A stretch of 60,350 nucleotides of DNA, counting the filler, from Sphacelaria rigidula (taxonomy: Eukaryota): assembly GCA_964200075.2 (NCBI GenBank). It is 3 parts of 3 records of this genome, joined end to end, with 100 filler letters (N's around TTAATTAATTAA, not from the genome) between each part and the next. Parts side by side here need not be neighbours in the genome. Positions count along the whole stretch, not along the records: positions 1 to 20,053 come from CAXNAA020000574.1; positions 20,154 to 40,205 come from CAXNAA020000575.1; 1 more part is not named here. One strand, 5' to 3'. Every line of letters begins with the position of its first letter. The stretch's first letter is position 1. Shown here piece by piece: positions 13,748-27,390 of this stretch. The notes under the pieces are model-generated. The model was not told where the DNA came from. It did no database searches and saw nothing but the letters and a program-made list of their open reading frames with translations. Made by a program: the position numbers and the translations under genes.

Positions 13748-16700
13748 TTGTCCATGCCGATCTCTTCCACGTGAAGAGGCACTCGCAAGCCAACCGTAGC
13801 CTTAATGCAAAACACCGCCAGCAAGGAAAGACCGCCGACCCACGGAATAACGGCAGCGCAGAAGAGCATGTTTGCTCCGAGCAGGTTCCAGCCACACCCA
13901 TAAAACACTGCAAGCGTGACAGCACAAGCACAAGTTGCATGTGAATCGAGCGGCCCAACCACAAAACGCGACGGTAGCATCACATCATATGATGCAAAGA
14001 TTAACGCCGTTTCCGGACATGAACTGGGGTTACCGTACACAGGGAGCGCTTAACGGAGAGCGGCCCACCGCGCACAAATTCCACATGATGGGCACCTAAA
14101 ACATTGATCGCATGTGCTGTGACAGCTGATCGAATTCCCATCCAAGGGGAGCCAGGCGCTGCAATACCAGTACTGGAGGTAGTATAGTGCCGAAATGTCT
14201 GCAAAGTTCGAAATTTCGCCGTTGTTGCGAACTGGGGTGCAACCATGGCAGCGGCATGACCATTAACCCATCATCAACACGCTGCAGCTGAGCGCGGCCG
14301 AGCGCCGCATGACCTCGGGACACTTGCACAACGGTGTCGGCTTCGCCTGTAAAAAAATGGCTCAAGAATACATCCCAATCTAAGGCCTCCACCAAGAGGT
14401 GGTTGGAGCAAATTTTGCGAGGAAATGGCCAATTTGGTCAGATGATGTGCACCGATGCATCTCAGGGTCACGTCACGTCTCGTCAGACCGTTGTCAGCCA
14501 CACATGGGTACACATGGAACCAGCTACTTGCATGTTTCAAACGGGCTAGTGTAATGTAGTGTAGTGTAGTGTAGTGATTGATCGCCACGACGAGGACACA
14601 CGGCCCATCATAAACAGAGGTATCATTCCACACGAAGGGCGACACGACAGCCGATTCGTCAGTGGTCAACTTTTTTTTCTCATGAATCAACCATGCGATT
14701 CGTACAAGGATGGCGGTTCGCACATGGTTTGGACTCGTAATTCGTGCGGTACTACCTCCTTGGACGTACACTTCCTCCACCTGTGATTAATGTGATTCAT
14801 ACGGCTCCTCCCTTTCGCACATATCTCCAACCCATCATTCGTTGGGCAAAAACCAAACGAGTACGCACCACCTGCGATTCATGAGGCATTTATCAAGCGT
14901 ACGTATTTTTCACCTGTGGTCCATACGTCATTAACCAATCGTATATATTTTTGAACTATAATTTGTACCACATAGATCACACGTACATTTTTACCATGTG
15001 TCATTCGTAAGGGATGCATGGGTTAAACGCACATGTTTTGCACCCGTCATATGTTGGGCACTTTTTGGTACGCATATAATTTCTCGTCATCTGCGATTCG
15101 TGACGGCTCTTCGGCACACACTTCGTGCAGAGTCCATTTTTTTTTAATCGAAAAAAATTGGACCGTCTTTTCTGGTATTTTTAATTCTTGATCGAAAAAA
15201 ATACACCTGAAGTACGAGCTATCAATGGTGAAAAGGCTGGCCACGAGCTTGAGACAGGCAACGTGGCATAGCACCATGGGTATGCTGTGCACCGCCTGAG
15301 GTCGACGGCGGGAAAATTCTTCAGCAAGAAGGCGCTTAGTTAGCGATTGCTGAGTGAATGTCGGAAGACGGTGATGACATGTATGGTACACAAGGACAGA
15401 TGATATACAAAGTGCACACAGTTGGTTGATTTATTGATTTTCTTATTTTTATTCATGATTCGCTGCGCACTCAGCCGTGATCATAGGACAAAAAAAACAC
15501 AAGAAAAAAAACAAAAAAAGGCAAGATCGATGTAGTGCATGTTGTGTACTGTCTGTTGTAGATGTGCTGAGTGTAGCATACGTGGTCGGTAGCGGCTTAT
15601 AAAGCCGGTAACGGTAAAAATGGTTCGACACCATTATCCAATATTTTCATATAACAATCATCATTATTGTAATGATAATGATCAGTAATCACTGGCGCCA
15701 TTTCCGTGCTCTCATCTTTGCAGTATCGTAAAGCAGCTCACATCCACAGCACGTGTCCTCTCTTCCACGGTCGAAAAACACCCCGTAGTTGTATACCCCC
15801 CTGTAGTTTTCTTTGGTGGACAGCAGACCAGAGGCCATGAGTCCCCAAACACCGCAGCCGAAGTGCACCGGTGATGCTTGAACGACGTCATCGATCTTGA
15901 GTCTGCGGCGAGAACGATTAACGATTTTAAGGTGGACATGCATGGAGCTCGGAAGTCGGCGATACGGTACAAGAACTTCTCATGACTCATGACTGCTGGA
16001 ACGCTGTGAAGGATTCAAAGACTACTTTTATAGGCGAGAGATGGACTCCGACAAGCGTGGAATACGGTGCATATGACATGCGAACCGTGGGTAATATACG
16101 GCATACGACAAACGACATCCCCATCAATCGCACCCCCAGGTGATCGAATTTCGGCAATTTTTGGCACCAGGTCGATACCTACAGTACGGTATTGCTGTAA
16201 TACGTGGTATACCACGACCCCCTCGCCGGCTACTGTACACCATGCACCCCTGGGTGATAACTTTACGGGTTCCAAAAATACCATCACCCGGGGGTTGTAT
16301 AGAAGGGTATTGTAGTATTGTACGGCATGCCCACGGCGCAGAGACACTCACATCTTCGATCGCTCTGAACTTTCTCCCAGATAAACTTGAAGCAAGCTTC
16401 ATGTACTGATGATAACGCCAAAATCGCAGCAAAAGCTATGTCCTCCCCTGAAGGAGTGGTGCTACTTTAACCAGCACAATCATCAATATTTCCAGGATAA
16501 AATGGGTTGCTACACCTACAGCCAGCCGTCCTGCTACGTGCAGAATGGCATGTAGGCAATTGTTTTATCCAACGTGTAGATCCTATGGAGCAATCAGCAG
16601 TACCAAGAGAAGTAAGAATCCAGACCCGCGAAAGTCGGTGGATCATTCGAGCAAATATGGGTGGACGTGTTCGCGAGTGCGTTTTCCTTGTACCGACAGC

Positions 16701-19662
16701 AGACACACAAACGGGAAGCGGTCGGGATGATCACCGTACAAGTAGCCAAGTCCCCAACATGTAAAACGCGCTCGCAAACACGCCGATCACAAATGCGCCC
16801 TCCACTTCCACCAACGGCCCCGACGCGCTGATTGCGACCAATCCTGACAGAATCCCGTTGTTCAACTGAGAATTTTAAAAAGAAATAAGAACAAGTACGG
16901 CATACGGAAGAGGGAATTATTGATATCAACGAAAAACACACCTCCATCGGAGACAGAGCATAGAGCATAGATCATACTCGTAGTCTTGGGGAACCACATC
17001 TTGTCCCCGGTACGTGGGTGATATTTTGTTGATTGTTGACCATTGGATCATCACTATTATCGCTTCCGCGCCCTGTCCATTCTCGTAGAACTTTCGCCGC
17101 TACCCACGCCTTCACCTTTCAAAACATGGAGAACAGCTTCTGCTCAAGAATACCATACCGTATACGTTGAGAAAAAAAACTGCAACCTCACGCCCCGACG
17201 GGCCGCTGGTGATTCATGTACCATGCACCACGTGAAACGCATGGGCACAGCAGCTGGAAGGCGATAAATACACAAAGGTGCTACGCGACAAACTCGATAC
17301 CACGCTGTGCGCAGACAAGCATTGCACCTGTACCTCGAAGGGGACGAAGTCTTGAAAATAGTATGGAATCCTTCCTTACGGCACATTCACTGAATACAGC
17401 TGCACGCCCTCTAGTTTGCTTTTTGTTCCCCCACTCATATATCATGAGTACACTCATATTCTTCAGGGGGTGGTTCCTGACATCGTCGAACTAATCCGCT
17501 AAATTTAAGCCTGCGGCTACATGGTGAGATATCGCTTTCGATGCCCCCCCCTCTGGTGGAATTTAAATTTGAATCACCATCAAGAACATGTGCTCAGGAC
17601 TCCTTCTCCAGAATTCATTTGCTGTATCGTCTGTTTCTGAATATGGATGAAACTCTGCGTAAACTTAGCAGTGCACGAAAATGAGTGAGCACACACACAT
17701 GCAACCTCTCTACTCCCCCAAATGTTACCCGATCGACCGACAGCCGCCGCATCACCTCTCCAAAGCCTCGCATGCCGAATACCCGCATATAATGTTGGTC
17801 ATGTTCCAGTCAAATATTCAAACATTGCAGAGTTCTCACATGCGCGGAGTCGAACTTTTTGTGCATGGCCTTGACCGAAATGCCCATGGAAAGCACGCTG
17901 GAGGCAGCGGCAATGGTGGTGTTTACCTGCGCACGTGGAGGCCAGTTGCCAGGCGAGTGTGCAGTATTACTTAGACGCACGAACAATATCCAAGCAGAAT
18001 GTGGCGTGGCGTGGCGTGGCGTGGCGTGGCGTGATGCGGCGTGACGTAGCACAATGCTATGGTGACGGCATCCGCGGCACGAGACTCTTCATACTCATGC
18101 AAGACGCAGCCATCATGTGTGGGTCGTCGCTCCCGCTACCGTTTTGGGGATGGTTACGTTTATGCCGAGCAACTGTGCCACGACATGTCTCACGCGGTAC
18201 GTGAATATACACTCACCACTGCCTTGGCCACAAGAACGCTTCTTCCGTTGGAGATCGATCCGACCGAACCGCCATTGAAGCCGTCTGCATGTCAAACCGT
18301 AACCAGAGCCATCGGGTGCGACATCACAACAGTACAGTGCAACAGTGCAACAGCCGTGCTGCACGGTACATTTCGCGCACTGCCAACGCACGAAGGAAGG
18401 TGTCACGTGTTCGGTATACTCGTGGGCGATCAAGTCATATTCTACGACGTTCCGCTCTTGGGAATTTTCTCGTGCATTCGGCGACGCAGGAACCTCGATA
18501 CCCCGGTGAGGTTACCATGTCTATGTTCCACGAAAAATGGTATAGTCATCGATCGTACTGCACACGGAGAACAGCTCGAGGCAACGTTGAAGTTCCAAGT
18601 GGGAGAGGGAGTGGCGGTGGCGAGGCAGTAAACCAAGAGTCAGGCCAGTAACGCAAGAACTGCTACAAGCAGCTCCAGAGCTCTAGAAATGAAACCTCCT
18701 GCATCCTGCACCATATGCGAAAACCGCTGCGAGCCTTTGCCCTGTGCAGTCGACGTTTTTCAACCAGGGAAAATATCTGTAATGGACTGTAGTAGCATCA
18801 ATCCTACTCAACAGTGACACTCACACCAGCCGACCCACAGGATCAAGGCGCCCAAGGTTTGCAACGCAGGGCTTTGTTGCGGCAGCCGATATACCGTTCC
18901 GTCGCTCCTGAACCTCCCATTCCTTGCTTTGATTACCTTAGCCGTCACCAGTGCACAAATACCTGCGGCATACCCAGCAAGTAGCACGAAAAATAGCACA
19001 CGGCGCATCTCCTTCCGACTGTCTCTATGCGTTGAAGACTGTGCATCACGGTCAAATGGCGCCAAGCGCCCATAAAGGTGCCCTCTGTGAGGAAACGTCC
19101 ATGACACTGCTCTGCAGTGTACTTGGCCAGTTTCTCGGATAAGCCACTTACACTGCAGGGCGGGTGGCACAAAATGGCCACGCGCGATCCACGTTGTGGG
19201 TGGGTCAAAGGACGTTTCGTCACGACAGAATCTCATATTCGCATATCTCTTTTGCGAGCAGCTTGACACGCGCGAGCCTTCGAGCATTCAAGCTCGAAAT
19301 CGGTCACATTAGACTCGAAAATCAATACTAATCCAATTCGAATGTCGGTCCTGAAGATCATGCTGTAATCACAGGAAATCGGACTCGAGCATCACTTTTG
19401 TTTCTTCAAAGTCAGGAGGGGCGCACTTGTATCCACCACGGAAGCCTCGATGTCGTCACCAAGTCCCGCAACAATGTATTTACTTCCTCTTCGTACCTCC
19501 GGTCATGTGCACCACTCCAGCCCCAGCGAAGTCTGCACTTCCACACGACAGTAATAACAATCGCGCGTCTGCCATGCATTGGTCGTAGTCCGCCTTCGTG
19601 GTGGCATTATTGCAGCGAAACGGACTGGCCCAACCTCCCTCACTCCAAGCCCAGTGCACGAC
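13748..19662 (-). CDS. AMT1: Ammonium transporter (Amt/Mep/Rh family, AMT1-like), spliced and partial: 5' exons not found on this contig, last exon not located
   Basis: Seven exons with cag|...|gt boundaries and compatible phases: 19662-19497 ([15 protein letters not shown]...[12 protein letters not shown]), 18962-18825 (GICALVTA...[10 protein letters not shown]), 18284-18217 (YGFNGGS...VAKAV), 17926-17840 ([10 protein letters not shown]...), 16865-16735 ([15 protein letters not shown]...), 15902-15742 ([20 protein letters not shown]...), 13907-13748 ([13 protein letters not shown]...[14 protein letters not shown]). DFAG, both twin-His motifs, WxGWYGFNxGS and GLRV..EE.GMD are Amt hallmarks. 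Confidence 0.95.
18001..18032. repeat. (GTGGC)n intronic microsatellite
   Basis: Directly visible. Confidence 0.9.
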
Positions 19663-20053
19663 CTGACGGAACAGGACAGCAGCACCACGACTATTCCATG
19701 AGTTTCTCAGACTTGAAGAATGGCCTATTAATAGGTACACTGAACCATATTGCACCAACACCACAGCGCGACTTGGCAGTGAGGGTGGTTTGCGGTGTTG
19801 GTGGCATGGGCAGTCAATGGTCGACTTGAATGCTTCATCGAACAATAGATTCACGTTTAACACTATATTCGTGAGATGCGGAACGTAGTTTCAGAGTCAG
19901 AGTGGATGCTCTAGCAATCCCAACAGGCATTTTTTTTCTTTTTTTTTGCTTGAGCACACGTGCTGTGCATGCAGCTACCGTACAGTACCCCATTCGAGGA
20001 ATTCGGCGGTCTGGTTGGTGAGATACCGCACAAAGCATTTTTACGCCTGGGGG

Positions 20054-20153
20054 NNNNNNNNNNNNNNNNNNNNNNNNNNNNNNNNNNNNNNNNNNNNTTA
20101 ATTAATTAANNNNNNNNNNNNNNNNNNNNNNNNNNNNNNNNNNNNNNNNNNNN
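20054..20153. other. Artificial contig linker (N44-TTAATTAATTAA-N44)
   Basis: 100-nt spacer whose 12-mer places stop codons in all six frames. Confidence 0.98.
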
Positions 20154-23100
20154 AGGAGTTAGATTCTGAAACTCTGCATAAATGTGGTATGTATCATTAC
20201 GCAACTTTCTACGGACAATGCTTTTTTACTTCTTGAGTTTTTCACCGTTTTTCGGGGGTCCGACGGGATCGAAGTCGTTTTACGAAGTAGTCTCCATTCT
20301 GGGACCCCAGAAAAACGGCACTACGATATTTTTCTTCAATTTTTCGCAAACTATCTGCCTCCGCATAACCCAAGGGTTGACTCCATAAATGTTCGTCGCA
20401 AAAATCGATCAACTGATGCTTGAGTTTCTCCATGTTCACGTCAAAAAAGGCCCAAAAACGTCGCTGTGGTACTCAAATCAAGTAGGTTGCGGTTTCACCG
20501 CGGCACGTCAAAGTTTATCGCACAAAAGCGAAAAACCTCACGCCGTTTTAGGGAGTCAGACCCTGAAATTTCATACACCTGTGCTTTGGGTCACTACGCA
20601 CGTTTGGATGAACGTTTTTTTTATTCTGTTACCGTTTTACGGGGGTCCGATTTGGTCGAGGTTTTCCCCAAAAAACTGGGACCCCGAAAAACGGTGAAAT
20701 GAGTCTAAAAGTAAAAAAAAAACGACCTTCGGAAGTTGCGTAATTACCCATAGAACATTCGTGCAAAAGTTTAGGGTCTAACTCCTCAAAACGGCGTGAG
20801 GTTTTGCCGATGAGTGTTCTTGGGGTGATCAACGTGAACCAGCCTGTACGACGAACATGGTGTGATGTGCCCTGGAGAGTGCCCGAACAGTTGTAGTGCT
20901 GCATGCGGTGTTCCGGTAAGCACAGAAGTGGGGTGAGATCAAAGTGCTATACACTAGCTACTGTCTGTGCATAAAGGTGAAACGATGAAACGATCACGTG
21001 ACGACTGTACTGTGCAGCTGTCTGTTGCGTCCCCGCCCGTACTTCAGCCATAGTCGGATGCTGGGATCGGAGAAGACACGCAAGGCGGACGCGTGGACGT
21101 TGGGGCGAACAAACTGAGCCAGCACGGAGCTGCCCTATCCCAAGCGTTTGATGACAGGAGCTGTCTGCCTTGATGTCCCATGTAATAGTCCTTCCCCCCA
21201 TTTCAAACGGGTCCTCATTTTTTGCCGCGTGCCAATTTTCGAACGCTTGGCCATGATCGCGCTTCGCGTGAAAAGCGCAATTATGGCCCAGCGTTTGTAA
21301 GCCGCCATTCGGCCAAAGTCATGCTCATCCGAAATCAGGGGAAGAACTATCGCATGGGATATGTCCTATACCACTGTGCTGCAGCACAAACACACTCATG
21401 GGCTGTCGCTTGTGCTGTAGCTGTCGCTGCGCTGTGGTGTCTCCAGACCTTTTCGAAGACGGTTTGGTCGTTCGTCTCCTCGAAAACTCATGCTGTCAAC
21501 ACGTAGGGCCCTCTAGACACTGCTCCTGTTGACTCCTTCATGGGTGTGTTGGCTATTTCGCCTCGAGTCAAACGAACAAGGCGTTTCCCAAACCCATTTA
21601 TATGCTGTGGTTGTCGGTGTACCGTTGTGCATCTAAACACTCTACGACGATCACGGTGCGATGCGCGCTCGAGAGTGCCTGAACAGTTGTCGTGCTGCAT
21701 GCGGTGTTTCAGCACGTACAGAGTTGGGGTGGCACCAAATTATTGATCGCCTTTCGGAGGAATGATGCTTGGTTTGGGACTGAACACGGATAACACACTT
21801 TACAATACGACCTACTGTCTGTTACCGAGGGTTTACCTGGATGCTCCGCAAATATAGAGAAAATACTGCAGGAGAAACCCTCACGACTTTACACCCACCC
21901 GCACTCAAAGTGCGGACAAATTGAGTATCAGTTGTATATCTGCGCTGGACTCAGCAGCAAGAAACAGTGAGCGTGCATCGTTCTGCCCTGAACACAGTCT
22001 ACTGCGCGCTACTGGTGTCTCTACTTAGTGTTCCACAGCAACACTACAGTGTGAAGCTATGTTGGCAACACAAGAGGGGTCAGGCAGGCGGCAAAGACAG
22101 GCCACGAGTAAAACGTACGTCGTGTGTGCCCACGTGATTCATGATTTGGGATCAAAATGATTGTCCTCGTCTACAACAACTTCTGTGCAAAGCGGATACA
22201 CGTCACGTCAATCGCTGTCTGTGTCAAGTTGTGCTCAAAATACGATTTCTTTGTGCATATGTTGCTGTGCTGACCTCAAAAGTACACCACAACCACACCA
22301 TCACCCGTTGATTCTCCATGTTCTGGGCGTGTGCTCTGGTGCTTGCGAGCAGCGAGGTGGCTGGTGTGGTGTGTGCTGTCGAGAGGACAGTTACACGTTG
22401 CACGTCACGCCTGTTGGCCAATAGAATCTCCTATTACAAGACCAAACCGAGCGAAACGCAACCATCGAACTTTGGACTGACTTTGGACTTCGGGGGAATT
22501 ACAAAGTCCAAGTCCCGACCCGAATTTGATCTTCGCAAACACCGTATTAAGAGAGGTTTCATTCACCTGCCCCAAGATTGCCGAGCTGAACATCCCGAGA
22601 CACGGACACTTGAGCTGTAGACGGGGTGAATTTTGATTACGACGTACACTTAAAAAAACGACGACAATGTGATGGTCGGGATGAAAGATTCATATATCTT
22701 TTCCTGAGACATTTTACTTTCTGCAGCTCTTGGGAAGAAACCAACTTCTGCGGAGAAGCTCCACAGTCCCCGCAAGCATAAGGAGACATGACGTCAGTGC
22801 AGCCTCTGGCGGAGGTCTCATCGGATGTTGGCTAAAAGTTTTGTGCCGGGTATCTTCAAAGTTTCGTGGTTTGTTATGGGATCCCAAATCAGTGCGCTAG
22901 GCTACAGAACCCACAGTTTGGCGCGATATCACGGCGCACCTGATGTATTTTCGCTTGTGGTTGATGTATAAAATGACCGTACAAGTTGTACACCGGCATG
23001 TCTTTCAGAGCGTGGTTTTTTGCAATCTATACGACTTGTCGTCGCAAAGATACACTGCGGCACGTTTGCCCCGAATATGCGTATCAAACATGAAACATAC

Positions 23101-23502
23101 CTAGCACTTGTGATTGAAACAGGGAAGTAATTCAGTGGTGATCTAATGTGAACTCCACCTGATTGCACGCCCGCATGTATGTACTGACTGTACCCCTTAT
23201 GGTGAGAGATTGTACACTGCACTCTCGACTACAGCAATGCGGTGTGGCTGTCAAGGGTCACGATTGTTCGCGAGATACAGTACAACGGGTGTGCGGAGCT
23301 CTCCCAGCACACGTCGTGTTCGATGGGGCGCTGCGGACTTGATCCATTGAGTTGTTGTCACGCGTCTGTGTTGTGATGGTCTGTGAATATAAACATGACA
23401 AGTTTGGTTCATCTCAATGAGGAACCCGCAAGAACGGCCGACCTGAAGCTGTCACATCAGTTGTTTTTGTCTTTTGCAGTGCGTTTTTGCACGAAGTCAT
23501 CT

Positions 23503-23856
23503 TGTGTGTGTGTGTGTGTGTGTCGCCGTCCCATCTATATTGGACGCCGGTCTACATCTTTCGGTATTCGTGGGCGCACCAGCCGGGGTCACACAGGAGG
23601 AAGGCCGATGCATTTTTTTTTTTTAGTTTTCCACCTTCCTTCTGCGGTGCTTGCCTCGATTTTTCACCGCGATAGGGGCTGAGCAGGCCGTTTCCCTCGT
23701 CGACCATGAGGTCGAATTTTGTGTACCCACGATATGGCCGCTCTACACTGTTGGGTATTTTGTGAGGAAAAATCTCAGATCGCTCCAAGATTCGTACCTA
23801 TGACCCAACCGTCAGAAGGTTTCGAGGTTACCAACTGAACCACCGTGGCGACCGGT
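23503..23856 (-). mobile_element. tRNA-derived SINE with (AC)n tail
   Basis: The minus strand reads accggtcgccacggTGGTTCAGTTGGtaa... (A box, 23842-23831) and GGTACGAATCT (degenerate B box, 23798-23788). About 270 bp of body follows, ending in the (AC)n run at 23503-23523. Confidence 0.75.
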
Positions 23857-26480
23857 ATGTGGACACGAAATTATTGCACTTGTTACTGTCTTTTCTTGTG
23901 CTCAAACGGTGCAACACGCAAAGGCAGGCCTACGAAGGCCAACGCGCCGTGCTTTTGTGTGGCATAGTCAAAATTTGGCATTTGCAACAAGAAACGCGAC
24001 AATTCCGACCCGCGATGGAGCTAAACGTCGAGCTCATTCGTCTTTTTTTCCGTTTTGGTTTGTACGAGGTGTAACTCGAGAACAGGGCGTCATGCGTAGG
24101 CCGGATCAGATCGTGAAAGTTACGGATCGGCTCATTTGGGACATAGATCGTTGATCTGTCCGAGGTGTGCTGTCACCCGTGTACGTTTGGCCGATGGGAT
24201 TTTGTAAGACCCGCGTGATCCGTAGATATATGCCGAGTGGCGAGCTGTATGACCCGCTTTGCACACGCACACTTGTTTCGTTCAAACGCAGCAGCTTCTC
24301 GTCGACCCGTGTGATTTGAATCTCATGTATACCTAAAGCTACCCCATACCTGTGGAATCCGATTCCAGGATACCAGAAACAGTTTTCAGTGCTCCTCACC
24401 TGCTAACCTGTACGGCCCTGGTACATAGTGCATGTTCACAATACCGTAGGTTGACTGTAACAATCTGGGCACATGGAACATGAAGTTGATGCCTCAGTGA
24501 TTTGACTCCTCCGTGAAGTCGTGCCAACGGCAGTATTGACGCCTGTTTTCGTATTCTCTCGTTCAGGGTGCACACTCATGTGCGGCTGGAAGAGGATTGG
24601 TCGCTATAGCTCTATGCTCAATTGGCACATCGTGACGCTGTTCGGTCAGCGTCTGACAAATTTCCCCGGGAAAAGTCATCGACGTGTACATTACCGGCGT
24701 TGATGAGGCACGAGTGGCTCCCTCAAGCCCGCCCGACGATCCGCCGTATGACCTTTGCGATCGGCGAGTGATCTGATATCCGTATGACCCGTTTGATCTA
24801 TTTACATTTCTCGGCTGGTGAGCCGAAAAAACCGGTTACACTGTTCCTATGACATGACTTGGACGATCTGTATGACCCCTGTGATTCGTACACGTCCGCT
24901 TGATGGTGATCTGTATGACCCCAGTTGCTTGTACTAAGGTTTTCATAAGTGATTGATATACTCCGTTTAGTCCGTACATCGCCTCCTTAGACACACCTGT
25001 GTGATCCGAATCAGATGCACTCAAAACGCCGAGAACAGCCTGTGACAACCCTCATGACTCGTGCGAGATACCTTCCTCGTGGTCGATGATACCCGGAACA
25101 CGGGAACCGTTTCATAACTAGCTGCACTGTGTCATCTGAATCTCGTACACAAGCGTGTTCACATTCCACCTGTATAACCCTGGTGACATATATAACGATC
25201 TGTCCGACGTGTGACGGGCATGCTAACTTGTTAGATATGGTATCGTGCAGAACAGTAGGCTGCTCAGCAGACACGGGGAAGCGTTGGCGAGTATCTGTGC
25301 AAAATGTACTATCTTGGTCAAGTGTCCGCACACGTGTACATCGAATGAGCTATGGTGAGTGCGCGCAAAAGTGGTTCCCCTCAGAATCAAGGTCCTAAAG
25401 CATCGTGTACTGCCCGTGCTTGTCGTCGGCAATTTCTCGGCCTCTGTATCTCACCTGTCATGCTACAGAGCGCAGTGCTCTCATGCAGCTTGTGTTGCAG
25501 GCCTACCATGTACCCCAATAATATCTCGAACGCGCACGTTCAGCTATATCCTCGAACCGCGGGTCAAAAATATTAAACTGATGTAGTTTGTGACCTCACC
25601 CTTTCAGCGCCCGACCATTTTGAGGGCCTTTTATTGGCATGTCCATTTGGAGGGGTTGGGAATAGTGGTTCTTATGGAAGGCACCTCCCCCACACAACAA
25701 TTGGGTGATCCGAGCCCTCTCTGGGCTGTTGTCACGCATATATCCGTGCCATAGTCGTTATAGTGCAGTACACTATCGTGCAATCATGTTGGGTGGGTGG
25801 AGATCACCATGAGCAGTGATCCTGCCACCACCGAATGTGGTATGGCGTCTATGAAGGGTTTACAAGCCCTAGCCCACGGGCGAGACGATTCTGCTGATGG
25901 ATCCTTCGGCACACGTAGCTACGAAGCGCAATGCTTAATGATACAAACGCCGCACAAACTCCAGAGCTGTCCTCGGCTACGGGCTTTGGAAAATGGCTTT
26001 AGGAAACGCAACTTGAGTTTTTTTTCGTGGTATCACTGCGGTGCACACGTGTGCGGTGCTGGTGAAGTGCGGTGCAGACGGGGGTGGTACGGTATGTCCT
26101 TGGTTTCGCTCGGGGAGTTGGCATGTAGTACTCCGAAGCAGCGGTGCGATGCGAGACGTCACGGAGCCGGACAACCGTGGCGCCCACCACGTTGAAGCTA
26201 CAATGCTGCGGATTTTGCAGTTATCGAAAAACTCGGTACCCTACCGCGGTGGTCGCTGCTCGAGGATGCAGTACGTACAAGTTGATCGTACGAATCCATG
26301 CACACACTGTGTGGGATGTACTTACAAGTCAATTTGGGAATCATGGGATTGTTCTGTTGATGCGGGACGGTACGGGTGTTCCGCGGTACGTATGTCGTGA
26401 GGTTTCGTTTAACCACGGTGAAGTACGGCGCGGACATCGTAGTCTGCAGTACCGCACCAAACATTTGGCGGTGAGGTGTG

Positions 26481-26902
26481 CAAGGGCAGGTCGAGTAGAG
26501 TATATTCTCAATGCTCATTATTTTTGGAGAGTCATACTTTGAGTACTCAAATTTTGAGTAGAGTGTTCGAGGCCGTACTCCGTCTACTCAAAGTTTGAGC
26601 AGAGTGTTTGTGGCCGTACTCAACCCACTCAAAAATTGAGCAGATTATTTGAGGCCGTACTTGACCTACTCAAACTTTGAGTAGAATATTAAGGTCATAC
26701 CCGAATGATACTCTACACTCAAGTATTTCTGAGAGTGCTCAGTCCATACTTGGGTAGATGGTTGGAGGAGGTACGGGATCTACTCAAACTTCAAGTAGAG
26801 TATATGAGGCCGTACTCGACCTACTCAAAATTTGAGTCGAGTGAATCCCCGCGTGTTTTACTCGAGTACTCAAAAGTACATACTCTACTCGACCTGCCCT
26901 TG
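26481..26902. mobile_element. hAT-like MITE with perfect 23-bp TIRs and many internal GAGTA/TACTC motifs
   Basis: caagggcaggtcgagtagagtat (26481-26503) and atactctactcgacctgcccttg (26880-26902). The flanking 8-mers gaggtgtg / gagatctg match at 6 of 8, consistent with a decayed 8-bp TSD. Confidence 0.85.
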
Positions 26903-27269
26903 GAGATCTGCATGGAAAACGGAAGATACAGAGTGTGGCGTTGTAGCGGTTCATCGATGTTGAGTTGTGCAGCTTCAGTCTATACCACATGTGATGCTCG
27001 AAATGTAGTAGGGAACCCCGTGTTGTTGAGAGTGGTACAGAGCACCGATGCCGGCCCTGATAAACTCCAACCCGCCTGCTCAACCACAGACCCGACTATC
27101 TTCACACTCGCATACTTCCAAGAAGGACGTTTGTATTTCTGCCGAGAGGTATATAGCGGCATATCCCAGGAGCCATGCCCCCCCCCAAAACGTGATGATG
27201 CCTAAGTGCTGCACGGACTGTGAGGAATCCGCAGTTAAAGAGAAGCAGCTGTGAGTATTCCAGACGTTG

Positions 27270-27390
27270 GACATCTCCTTTTTCTCCAGCGAGTGTTTTA
27301 ACACTCCTGGGTACGGTTATCATGTGGCCACGGCTGCATCCCTGGGGAGTCACTTGAAGTGCGACAATCAATCAAATCAATCAATCAATC
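27270..27390 (+). mobile_element. 5'-truncated 3' end of the RTE-type LINE family with (CAAT)n tail
   Basis: ctccttttt...ccacggctgcatccctgggg...aagtgcgacaatcaatcaaatcaatcaatc matches the reverse complement of the LINE 3' end at ~45790-45915. Confidence 0.7.

Noticed and set aside
23780-23856. Functional tRNA gene
   Set aside because: The B box is degenerate, no clear acceptor stem is visible, and a SINE-like body and tail follow.
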